The notes below the pieces were generated by a model. It was not told the DNA's origin and ran no database searches. It worked only from the letters and a program-made list of their open reading frames with translations. Shown here piece by piece: positions 25,001-38,297 of a stretch of 64,000 nucleotides of DNA. This DNA comes from the human T2T-CHM13v2.0 reference genome, Homo sapiens: the NCBI RefSeq assembly GCF_009914755.1, contig NC_060937.1, one strand, 5' to 3'. Every line of letters begins with the position of its first letter. Within the stretch, counting starts at the first letter, position 1. A program made the position numbers and the translations under genes.

Positions 25001-28000
25001 ATTTTTTATGGGAAGATATTTCCTTTTTCACCGTAGGCGTCAAGGCGATCGAAATGTCCACTTCCACAAACTACAAAAAGAGTGTTTCAAACCTGCTCTA
25101 TGAAAGGCCATGTTCATCTCTATGAGTCGAATGGAAATATCCGAAAGAAATTTCTGGGAATGCTGCTGTCTAGTTTTTATACGAATTCCCGCTTCCAACG
25201 AAATCCTCAAAGCAATCCAAATATCCACTTGCAGAATCCACAAAAAGAGTGTTTCAAAACTGCTCTATCAATAGAAAGGTTCAACTCTTTTAGTTGAGTA
25301 CACACATCACAAACAAGTTTCTGAGAATGCTTCTGTCTGGCTTTTATTGGAAGACGTTTCCTTTTCACCAAAGGCATCAAAGCGCTCCAAATGTCCACTT
25401 CCAGATTCTTCCAAAAGAGTGTTTGAAACGTGCTCAAAGTAAGGGAATGTTCAACTCTGTGACTTGAATGCAGATATCACCAAGTAGTTTCTAATAGTGC
25501 TTCTGTCTAGATTTTAGATGATGATATTCCCGTTTCCAACGAAATCGTTAGAGCTATCCAAATATCCACTTACAGTTGCTACAAAAACAGTGTTTCCAAA
25601 CTGCTGCATCAAAAGAAAGGTTCAACTCTGTTAGTTGAGGACACACGTCACAAAGAAGTTTGTGAGAATGCTTCTGTCTAGATTTTGTATGACGATATTC
25701 CCTTTTCCAACGATATCGTTAAAGCAATCTAAATATCCATTTGCAGAATCCACAAAAATAGAGTTTCAAAGCTGCTCTGTAAAAAGAAAGGTTCCACTCT
25801 GTTAGCTGAGTACACACATCACAAACTTGTTTCTCAGAATCCTTCTGTCTCGTTTTTCTGGGAAGATATTTACTTTTTCACCGTAGGCATCAAAGCGCTC
25901 CAAATGTCCACATCCAGATACTCCAGAAAGAGTGTTTCAAACCTGCTCTATGAAAGGGAATCTTCAACTCTATGAGTTGAATGCAGACATCAGAAAGAAA
26001 TTTCTGAGAATGCTGCTGTCTACCTTTTATTTGAATTCCCGCTTCCAACGAAATCCTCCAAGCTATCCAAATATCCACTTGCAGATTCCACAAAAAGAGT
26101 GTTTCAAAACTGCTCTCTATCAATGGCAAAGTTCAACTCTGTTAGTTGAGGACACATATCACCAACAAGTTTCTGAGAATGCTTCTGTCTATTTTTTATG
26201 GGAAGATATTTCCTTTTTCACCGTAGGCGTCAAGGCGATCGAAATGTCCACTTCCACAAACTACAAAAAGAGTGTTTCAAACCTGCTCTATGAAAGGCCA
26301 TGTTCATCTCTATGAGTCGAATGGAAATATCCGAAAGAAATTTCTGGGAATGCTGCTGTCTAGTTTTTATACGAATTCCCGCTTCCAACGAAATCCTCAA
26401 AGCAATCCAAATATCCACTTGCAGAATCCACAAAAAGAGTGTTTCAAAACTGCTCTATCAATAGAAAGGTTCAACTCTTTTAGTTGAGTACACACATCAC
26501 AAACAAGTTTCTGAGAATGCTTCTGTCTGGCTTTTATTGGAAGACGTTTCCTTTTCACCAAAGGCATCAAAGCGCTCCAAATGTCCACTTCCAGATTCTT
26601 CCAAAAGAGTGTTTGAAACGTGCTCAAAGTAAGGGAATGTTCAACTCTGTGACTTGAATGCAGATATCACCAAGTAGTTTCTAATAGTGCTTCTGTCTAG
26701 ATTTTAGATGATGATATTCCCGTTTCCAACGAAATCGTTAGAGCTATCCAAATATCCACTTACAGTTTCTACAAAAAGAGTGTTTCCAAACTGCTGCATC
26801 AAAAGAAAGGTTCAACTCTGTTAGTTGAGGACACACATCACAAAGAAGTTTGTGAGAATGCTTCTGTCTAGATTTTGTATGACCATATTCCCTTTTCCAG
26901 CGATATCATTAAAGCAATCTAAATATCCATTTGCAGAATCCACAAAAATAGAGTTTCAAAGCTGCTCTGTAAAAAGAAAGGTTCCACTCTGTTAGCTGAG
27001 TACACACATCACAAACTTGTTTCTCAGAATCCTTCTGTCTCGTTTTTCTGGGAAGATATTTACTTTTTCACCGTAGGCATCAAAGCGCTCCAAATGTCCA
27101 CATCCAGATACTCCAGAAAGAGTGTTTCAAACCTGCTCTATGAAAGGGAATCTTCAACTCTATGAGTTGAATGCAGACATCAGAAAGAAATTTCTGAGAA
27201 TGCTGCTGTCTACCTTTTATTTGAATTCCCGCTTCCAACGAAATCCTCCAAGCTATCCAAATATCCACCTGCATTTTCCACAAAAAGAGCGTTTCAAAAC
27301 TGCTCTATCAATAGAAATGTTCAACTCCTTTGGCTGGGTACACACATCACAAACAAGTTTCTGAGAATGCTTCTGTCTAGTTTTTATGGGAAGACATTCC
27401 CTTTTTCACCAAAGGCATCAAAGCGCTCCAAATGTCCACTTCCAGACACTACAAAAAGAGTGTTTCCAACGTGCTCTAAGAAAGCGAATGTTCAACTCTG
27501 TGACTTGAATGCAGATATCACAAAGTAGTTTCTGAGAGGGCTTCTGTCTAGATTTTAGATGATGATATTCCCGTTTCCAACGAAATCATTAGAGCTATCC
27601 AAATATCCACTTACAGTTTCTACAAAAAGAGTGTTTCCAAACTGCTGCATCAAAAGAGAGGTTCCACTCTGTTAGCTGAGTACACACATCACAAACTTGT
27701 TTCTCAGAATCCTTCTGTCTCGTTTTTCTGGGAAGATATTTACTTTTTCACCGTAGGCATCAAAGCGCTCCAAATGTCCACATCCAGATACTCCAGAAAG
27801 AGTGTTTCAAACCTGCTCTATGAAAGGGAATCTTCAACTCTATGAGTTGAATGCAGACATCAGAAAGAAATTTCTGAGAATGCTGCTGTCTACCTTTTAT
27901 TTGAATTCCCGCTTCCAACGAAATCCTCCAAGCTATCCAAATATCCACTTGCAGATTCCACAAAAAGAGTGTTTCAAAACTGCTCTCTATCAATGGCAAA

Positions 28001-31000
28001 GTTCAACTCTGTTAGTTGAGGACACATATCACCAACAAGTTTCTGAGAATGCTTCTGTCTATTTTTTATGGGAAGATATTTCCTTTTTCACCGTAGGCGT
28101 CAAGGCGATCGAAATGTCCACTTCCACAAACTACAAAAAGAGTGTTTCAAACCTGCTCTATGAAAGGCCATGTTCATCTCTATGAGTCGAATGGAAATAT
28201 CCGAAAGAAATTTCTGGGAATGCTGCTGTCTAGTTTTTATACGAATTCCCGCTTCCAACGAAATCCTCAAAGCAATCCAAATATCCACTTGCAGAATCCA
28301 CAAAAAGAGTGTTTCAAAACTGCTCTATCAATAGAAAGGTTCAACTCTTTTAGTTGAGTACACACATCACAAACAAGTTTCTGAGAATGCTTCTGTCTGG
28401 CTTTTATTGGAAGACGTTTCCTTTTCACCAAAGGCATCAAAGCGCTCCAAATGTCCACTTCCAGATTCTTCCAAAAGAGTGTTTGAAACGTGCTCAAAGT
28501 AAGGGAATGTTCAACTCTGTGACTTGAATGCAGATATCACCAAGTAGTTTCTAATAGTGCTTCTGTCTAGATTTTAGATGATGATATTCCCGTTTCCAAC
28601 GAAATCGTTAGAGCTATCCAAATATCCACTTACAGTTTCTACAAAAAGAGTGTTTCCAAACTGCTGCATCAAAAGAAAGGTTCAACTCTGTTAGTTGAGG
28701 ACACACATCACAAAGAAGTTTGTGAGAATGCTTCTGTCTAGATTTTGTATGACCATATTCCCTTTTCCAGCGATATCATTAAAGCAATCTAAATATCCAT
28801 TTGCAGAATCCACAAAAATAGAGTTTCAAAGCTGCTCTGTAAAAAGAAAGGTTCCACTCTGTTAGCTGAGTACACACATCACAAACTTGTTTCTCAGAAT
28901 CCTTCTGTCTCGTTTTTATGGGAAGATATTTACTTTTTCACCGTAGGCATCAAAGCGCTCCAAATGTCCACATCCAGATACTCCAGAAAGAGTGTTTCAA
29001 ACCTGCTCTATGAAAGGGAATCTTCAACTCTATGAGTTGAATGCAGACATCAGAAAGAAATTTCTGAGAATGCTGCTGTCTACCTTTTATTTGAATTCCC
29101 GCTTCCAACGAAATCCTCCAAGCTATCCAAATATCCACCTGCATTTTCCACAAAAAGAGCGTTTCAAAACTGCTCTATCAATAGAAATGTTCAACTCCTT
29201 TGGCTGGGTACACACATCACAAACAAGTTTCTGAGAATGCTTCTGTCTAGTTTTTATGGGAAGACATTCCCTTTTTCACCAAAGGCATCAAAGCGCTCCA
29301 AATGTCCACTTCCAGACACTACAAAAAGAGTGTTTCCAACGTGCTCTAAGAAAGCGAATGTTCAACTCTGTGACTTGAATGCAGATATCACAAAGTAGTT
29401 TCTGAGAGGGCTTCTGTCTAGATTTTAGATGATGATATTCCCGTTTCCAACGAAATCATTAGAGCTATCCAAATATCCACTTACAGTTTCTACAAAAAGA
29501 GTGTTTCCAAACTGCTGCATCAAAAGAGAGGTTCCACTCTGTTAGCTGAGTACACACATCACAAACTTGTTTCTCAGAATCCTTCTGTCTCGTTTTTCTG
29601 GGAAGATATTTACTTTTTCATCGTAGGCATCAAAGCGCTCCAAATGTCCACATCCAGATACTCCAGAAAGAGTGTTTCAAACCTGCTCTATGAAAGGGAA
29701 TCTTCAACTCTATGAGTTGAATGCAGACATCAGAAAGAAATTTCTGAGAATGCTGCTGTCTACCTTTTATTTGAATTCCCGCTTCCAACGAAATCCTCCA
29801 AGCTATCCAAATATCCACTTGCAGATTCCACAAAAAGAGTGTTTCAAAACTGCTCTCTATCAATGGCAAAGTTCAACTCTGTTAGTTGAGGACACATATC
29901 ACCAACAAGTTTCTGAGAATGCTTCTGTCTATTTTTTATGGGAAGATATTTCCTTTTTCACCGTAGGCGTCAAGGCGATCGAAATGTCCACTTCCACAAA
30001 CTACAAAAAGAGTGTTTCAAACCTGCTCTATGAAAGGCCATGTTCATCTCTATGAGTCGAATGGAAATATCTGAAAGAAATTTCTGGGAATGCTGCTGTC
30101 TAGTTTTTATACGAATTCCCGCTTCCAACGAAATCCTCAAAGCAATCCAAATATCCACTTGCAGAATCCACAAAAAGAGTGTTTCAAAACTGCTCTATCA
30201 ATAGAAAGGTTCAACTCTTTTAGTTGAGTACACACATCACAAACAAGTTTCTGAGAATGCTTCTGTCTGGCTTTTATTGGAAGACGTTTCCTTTTCACCA
30301 AAGGCATCAAAGCGCTCCAAATGTCCACTTCCAGATTCTTCCAAAAGAGTGTTTGAAACGTGCTCAAAGTAAGGGAATGTTCAACTCTGTGACTTGAATG
30401 CAGATATCACCAAGTAGTTTCTAATAGTGCTTCTGTCTAGATTTTAGATGATGATATTCCCGTTTCCAACGAAATCGTTAGAGCTATCCAAATATCCACT
30501 TACAGTTGCTACAAAAACAGTGTTTCCAAACTGCTGCATCAAAAGAAAGGTTCAACTCTGTTAGTTGAGGACACACGTCACAAAGAAGTTTGTGAGAATG
30601 CTTCTGTCTAGATTTTGTATGACGATATTCCCTTTTCCAACGATATCATTAAAGCAATCTAAATATCCATTTGCAGAATCCACAAAAATAGAGTTTCAAA
30701 GCTGCTCTGTAAAAAGAAAGGTTCCACTCTGTTAGCTGAGTACACACATCACAAACTTGTTCCTCAGAATCCTTCTGTCTCGTTTTTATGGGAAGATATT
30801 TACTTTTTCACCGTAGGCATCAAAGCGCTCCAAATGTCCACATCCAGATACTCCAGAAAGAGTGTTTCAAACCTGCTCTATGAAAGGGAATCTTCAACTC
30901 TATGAGTTGAATGCAGACATCAGAAAGAAATTTCTGAGAATGCTGCTGTCTACCTTTTATTTGAATTCCCGCTTCCAACGAAATCCTCCAAGCTATCCAA

Positions 31001-34000
31001 ATATCCACTTGCAGATTCCACAAAAAGAGTGTTTCAAAACTGCTCTCTATCAATGGCAAAGTTCAACTCTGTTAGTTGAGGACACATATCACCAACAAGT
31101 TTCTGAGAATGCTTCTGTCTATTTTTTATGGGAAGATATTTCCTTTTTCACCGTAGGCGTCAAGGCGATCGAAATGTCCACTTCCACAAACTACAAAAAG
31201 AGTGTTTCAAACCTGCTCTATGAAAGGCCATGTTCATCTCTATGAGTCGAATGGAAATATCCGAAAGAAATTTCTGGGAATGCTGCTGTCTAGTTTTTAT
31301 ACGAATTCCCGCTTCCAACGAAATCCTCAAAGCAATCCAAATATCCACTTGCAGAATCCACAAAAAGAGTGTTTCAAAACTGCTCTATCAATAGAAAGGT
31401 TCAACTCTTTTAGTTGAGTACACACATCACAAACAAGTTTCTGAGAATGCTTCTGTCTGGCTTTTATTGGAAGACGTTTCCTTTTCACCAAAGGCATCAA
31501 AGCGCTCCAAATGTCCACTTCCAGATTCTTCCAAAAGAGTGTTTGAAACGTGCTCAAAGTAAGGGAATGTTCAACTCTGTGACTTGAATGCAGATATCAC
31601 CAAGTAGTTTCTAATAGTGCTTCTGTCTAGATTTTAGATGATGATATTCCCGTTTCCAACGAAATCGTTAGAGCTATCCAAATATCCACTTACAGTTTCT
31701 ACAAAAAGAGTGTTTCCAAACTGCTGCATCAAAAGAAAGGTTCAACTCTGTTAGTTGAGGACACACATCACAAAGAAGTTTGTGAGAATGCTTCTGTCTA
31801 GATTTTGTATGACCATATTCCCTTTTCCAGCGATATCATTAAAGCAATCTAAATATCCATTTGCAGAATCCACAAAAATAGAGTTTCAAAGCTGCTCTGT
31901 AAAAAGAAAGGTTCCACTCTGTTAGCTGAGTACACACATCACAAACTTGTTTCTGAGAATCCTTCTGTCTCGTTTTTATGGGAAGATATTTACTTTTTCA
32001 CCGTAGGCATCAAAGCGCTCCAAATGTCCACATCCAGATACTCCAGAAAGAGTGTTTCAAACCTGCTCTATGAAAGGGAATCTTCAACTCTATGAGTTGA
32101 ATGCAGACATCAGAAAGAAATTTCTGAGAATGCTGCTGTCTACCTTTTATTTGAATTCCCGCTTCCAACGAAATCCTCCAAGCTATCCAAATATCCACTT
32201 GCAGATTCCACAAAAAGAGTGTTTCAAAACTGCTCTCTATCAATGGCAAAGTTCAACTCTGTTAGTTGAGGACACATATCACCAACAAGTTTCTGAGAAT
32301 GCTTCTGTCTATTTTTTATGGGAAGATATTTCCTTTTTCACCGTAGGCGTCAAGGCGATCGAAATGTCCACTTCCACAAACTACAAAAAGAGTGTTTCAA
32401 ACCTGCTCTATGAAAGGCCATGTTCATCTCTATGAGTCGAATGGAAATATCCGAAAGAAATTTCTGGGAATGCTGCTGTCTAGTTTTTATACGAATTCCC
32501 GCTTCCAACGAAATCCTCAAAGCAATCCAAATATCCACTTGCAGAATCCACAAAAAGAGTGTTTCAAAACTGCTCTATCAATAGAAAGGTTCAACTCTTT
32601 TAGTTGAGTACACACATCACAAACAAGTTTCTGAGAATGCTTCTGTCTGGCTTTTATTGGAAGACGTTTCCTTTTCACCAAAGGCATCAAAGCGCTCCAA
32701 ATGTCCACTTCCAGATTCTTCCAAAAGAGTGTTTGAAACGTGCTCAAAGTAAGGGAATGTTCAACTCTGTGACTTGAATGCAGATATCACCAAGTAGTTT
32801 CTAATAGTGCTTCTGTCTAGATTTTAGATGATGATATTCCCGTTTCCAACGAAATCGTTAGAGCTATCCAAATATCCACTTACAGTTTCTACAAAAAGAG
32901 TGTTTCCAAACTGCTGCATCAAAAGAAAGGTTCAACTCTGTTAGTTGAGGACACACATCACAAAGAAGTTTGTGAGAATGCTTCTGTCTAGATTTTGTAT
33001 GACCATATTCCCTTTTCCAGCGATATCATTAAAGCAATCTAAATATCCATTTGCAGAATCCACAAAAATAGAGTTTCAAAGCTGCTCTGTAAAAAGAAAG
33101 GTTCCACTCTGTTAGCTGAGTACACACATCACAAACTTGTTTCTGAGAATCCTTCTGTCTCGTTTTTCTGGGAAGATATTTACTTTTTCACCGTAGGCAT
33201 CAAAGCGCTCCAAATGTCCACATCCAGATACTCCAGAAAGAGTGTTTCAAACCTGCTCTATGAAAGGGAATCTTCAACTCTATGAGTTGAATGCAGACAT
33301 CAGAAAGAAATTTCTGAGAATGCTGCTGTCTACCTTTTATTTGAACTCCCGCTTCCAACGAAATCCTCCAAGCTATCCAAATATCCACTTGCATTTTCCA
33401 CAAAAAGAGTGCTTCAAAACTGCTCTATCAATAAATGTTCAACTCCTTTAGCTGGGTGCACACATCACAAACAAGTTTCTGAGAATGCTTCTGTCTAGTT
33501 TTTATGGGAAGACATTCCCTTTTTCACCAAAGGCATCAAAGCGCTCCAAATGTCCACTTCCAGACACTACAAAAAGAGTGTTTCCAACGTGCTCTAAGAA
33601 AGCGAATGTTCAACTCTGTGACTTGAATGCAGATATCACAAAGTAGTTTCTGAGAGGGCTTCTGTCTAGATTTTAGATGATGATATTCCCGTTTCCAACG
33701 AAATCATTAGAGCTATCCAAATATCCACTTACAGTTTCTACAAAAAGAGTGTTTCCAAACTGCTGCATCAAAAGAGAGGTTCCACTCTGTTAGCTGAGTA
33801 CACACATCACAAACTTGTTTCTGAGAATCCTTCTGTGTCGTTTTTATGGGAAGATATTTACTTTTTCACCGTAGGCATCAAAGCGCTCCAAATGTCCACA
33901 TCCAGATACTCCAGAAAGAGTGTTTCAAACCTGCTCTATGAAAGGGAATCTTCAACTCTATGAGTTGAATGCAGACATCAGAAAGAAATTTCTGAGAATG

Positions 34001-35747
34001 CTGCTGTCTACCTTTTATTTGAATTCCCGCTTCCAACGAAATCCTCCAAGCTATCCAAATATCCACTTGCAGATTCCACAAAAAGAGTGTTTCAAAACTG
34101 CTCTCTATCAATGGCAAAGTTCAACTCTGTTAGTTGAGGACACATATCACCAACAAGTTTCTGAGAATGCTTCTGTCTATTTTTTATGGGAAGATATTTC
34201 CTTTTTCACCGTAGGCGTCAAGGCGATCGAAATGTCCACTTCCACAAACTACAAAAAGAGTGTTTCAAACCTGCTCTATGAAAGGCCATGTTCATCTCTA
34301 TGAGTCGAATGGAAATATCCGAAAGAAATTTCTGGGAATGCTGCTGTCTAGTTTTTATACGAATTCCCGCTTCCAACGAAATCCTCAAAGCAATCCAAAT
34401 ATCCACTTGCAGAATCCACAAAAAGAGTGTTTCAAAACTGCTCTATCAATAGAAAGGTTCAACTCTTTTAGTTGAGTACACACATCACAAACAAGTTTCT
34501 GAGAATGCTTCTGTCTGGCTTTTATTGGAAGACGTTTCCTTTTCACCAAAGGCATCAAAGCGCTCCAAATGTCCACTTCCAGATTCTTCCAAAAGAGTGT
34601 TTGAAACGTGCTCAAAGTAAGGGAATGTTCAACTCTGTGACTTGAATGCAGATATCACCAAGTAGTTTCTAATAGTGCTTCTGTCTAGATTTTAGATGAT
34701 GATATTCCCGTTTCCAACGAAATCGTTAGAGCTATCCAAATATCCACTTACAGTTGCTACAAAAAGAGTGTTTCCAAACTGCTGCATCAAAAGAAAGGTT
34801 CAACTCTGTTAGTTGAGGACACACATCACAAAGAAGTTTGTGAGAATGCTTCTGTCTAGATTTTGTATGACCATATTCCCTTTTCCAGCGATATCATTAA
34901 AGCAATCTAAATATCCATTTGCAGAATCCACAAAAATAGAGTTTCAAAGCTGCTCTGTAAAAAGAAAGGTTCCACTCTGTTAGCTGAGTACACACATCAC
35001 AAACTTGTTTCTCAGAATCCTTCTGTCTCGTTTTTATGGGAAGATATTTACTTTTTCACCGTAGGCATCAAAGCGCTCCAAATGTCCACATCCAGATACT
35101 CCAGAAAGAGTGTTTCAAACCTGCTCTATGAAAGGGAATCTTCAACTCTATGAGTTGAATGCAGACATCAGAAAGAAATTTCTGAGAATGCTGCTGTCTA
35201 CCTTTTATTTGAATTCCCGCTTCCAACGAAATCCTCCAAGCTATCCAAATATCCACCTGCATTTTCCACAAAAAGAGCGTTTCAAAACTGCTCTATCAAT
35301 AGAAATGTTCAACTCCTTTGGCTGGGTACACACATCACAAACAAGTTTCTGAGAATGCTTCTGTCTAGTTTTTATGGGAAGACATTCCCTTTTTCACCAA
35401 AGGCATCAAAGCGCTCCAAATGTCCACTTCCAGACACTACAAAAAGAGTGTTTCCAACGTGCTCTAAGAAAGCGAATGTTCAACTCTGTGACTTGAATGC
35501 AGATATCACAAAGTAGTTTCTGAGAGGGCTTCTGTCTAGATTTTAGATGATGATATTCCCGTTTCCAACGAAATCATTAGAGCTATCCAAATATCCACTT
35601 ACAGTTTCTACAAAAAGAGTGTTTCCAAACTGCTGCATCAAAAGAGAGGTTCCACTCTGTTAGCTGAGTACACACATCACAAACTTGTTTCTCAGAATCC
35701 TTCTGTCTCGTTTTTCTGGGAAGATATTTACTTTTTCACCGTAGGCA

Positions 35748-38297
35748 TCAAAGCGCTCCAAATGTCCACATCCAGATACTCCAGAAAGAGTGTTTCAAAC
35801 CTGCTCTATGAAAGGGAATCTTCAACTCTATGAGTTGAATGCAGACATCAGAAAGAAATTTCTGAGAATGCTGCTGTCTACCTTTTATTTGAATTCCCGC
35901 TTCCAACGAAATCCTCCAAGCTATCCAAATATCCACTTGCAGATTCCACAAAAAGAGTGTTTCAAAACTGCTCTCTATCAATGGCAAAGTTCAACTCTGT
36001 TAGTTGAGGACACATATCACCAACAAGTTTCTGAGAATGCTTCTGTCTATTTTTTATGGGAAGATATTTCCTTTTTCACCGTAGGCGTCAAGGCGATCGA
36101 AATGTCCACTTCCACAAACTACAAAAAGAGTGTTTCAAACCTGCTCTATGAAAGGCCATGTTCATCTCTATGAGTCGAATGGAAATATCCGAAAGAAATT
36201 TCTGGGAATGCTGCTGTCTAGTTTTTATACGAATTCCCGCTTCCAACGAAATCCTCAAAGCAATCCAAATATCCACTTGCAGAATCCACAAAAAGAGTGT
36301 TTCAAAACTGCTCTATCAATAGAAAGGTTCAACTCTTTTAGTTGAGTACACACATCACAAACAAGTTTCTGAGAATGCTTCTGTCTGGCTTTTATTGGAA
36401 GACGTTTCCTTTTCACCAAAGGCATCAAAGCGCTCCAAATGTCCACTTCCAGATTCTTCCAAAAGAGTGTTTGAAACGTGCTCAAAGTAAGGGAATGTTC
36501 AACTCTGTGACTTGAATGCAGATATCACCAAGTAGTTTCTAATAGTGCTTCTGTCTAGATTTTAGATGATGATATTCCCGTTTCCAACGAAATCGTTAGA
36601 GCTATCCAAATATCCACTTACAGTTTCTACAAAAAGAGTGTTTCCAAACTGCTGCATCAAAAGAAAGGTTCAACTCTGTTAGTTGAGGACACACATCACA
36701 AAGAAGTTTGTGAGAATGCTTCTGTCTAGATTTTGTATGACCATATTCCCTTTTCCAGCGATATCATTAAAGCAATCTAAATATCCATTTGCAGAATCCA
36801 CAAAAATAGAGTTTCAAAGCTGCTCTGTAAAAAGAAAGGTTCCACTCTGTTAGCTGAGTACACACATCACAAACTTGTTTCTCAGAATCCTTCTGTCTCG
36901 TTTTTATGGGAAGATATTTACTTTTTCACCGTAGGCATCAAAGCGCTCCAAATGTCCACATCCAGATACTCCAGAAAGAGTGTTTCAAACCTGCTCTATG
37001 AAAGGGAATCTTCAACTCTATGAGTTGAATGCAGACATCAGAAAGAAATTTCTGAGAATGCTGCTGTCTACCTTTTATTTGAATTCCCGCTTCCAACGAA
37101 ATCCTCCAAGCTATCCAAATATCCACCTGCATTTTCCACAAAAAGAGCGTTTCAAAACTGCTCTATCAATAGAAATGTTCAACTCCTTTGGCTGGGTACA
37201 CACATCACAAACAAGTTTCTGAGAATGCTTCTGTCTAGTTTTTATGGGAAGACATTCCCTTTTTCACCAAAGGCATCAAAGCGCTCCAAATGTCCACTTC
37301 CAGACACTACAAAAAGAGTGTTTCCAACGTGCTCTAAGAAAGCGAATGTTCAACTCTGTGACTTGAATGCAGATATCACAAAGTAGTTTCTGAGAGGGCT
37401 TCTGTCTAGATTTTAGATGATGATATTCCCGTTTCCAACGAAATCATTAGAGCTATCCAAATATCCACTTACAGTTTCTACAAAAAGAGTGTTTCCAAAC
37501 TGCTGCATCAAAAGAGAGGTTCCACTCTGTTAGCTGAGTACACACATCACAAACTTGTTTCTGAGAATCCTTCTGTCTCGTTTTTATGGGAAGATATTTA
37601 CTTTTTCACCGTAGGCATCAAAGCGCTCCAAATGTCCACATCCAGATACTCCAGAAAGAGTGTTTCAAACCTGCTCTATGAAAGGGAATCTTCAACTCTA
37701 TGAGTTGAATGCAGACATCAGAAAGAAATTTCTGAGAATGCTGCTGTCTACCTTTTATTTGAACTCCCGCTTCCAACGAAATCCTCCAAGCTATCCAAAT
37801 ATCCACTTGCATTTTCCACAAAAAGAGTGCTTCAAAACTGCTCTATCAATAGAAATGTTCAACTCCTTTAGCTGGGTGCACACATCACAAACAAGTTTCT
37901 GAGAATGCTTCTGTCTAGTTTTTATGGGAAGACATTCCCTTTTTCACCAAAGGCATCAAAGCGCTCCAAATGTCCACTTCCAGACACTACAAAAAGAGTG
38001 TTTCCAACGTGCTCTAAGAAAGCGAATGTTCAACTCTGTGACTTGAATGCAGATATCACAAAGTAGTTTCTGAGAGGGCTTCTGTCTAGATTTTAGATGA
38101 TGATATTCCCGTTTCCAACGAAATCATTAGAGCTATCCAAATATCCACTTACAGTTTCTACAAAAAGAGTGTTTCCAAACTGCTGCATCAAAAGAGAGGT
38201 TCCACTCTGTTAGCTGAGTACACACATCACAAACTTGTTTCTGAGAATCCTTCTGTGTCGTTTTTATGGGAAGATATTTACTTTTTCACCGTAGGCA
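35748..38297 (-). repeat. 15-mer HOR variant (A+B+B, 2550 bp)
   Basis: Two tandem 680-bp B blocks start at 36938 and 37618; this is the only BB pair in the window. Confidence 0.93.
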
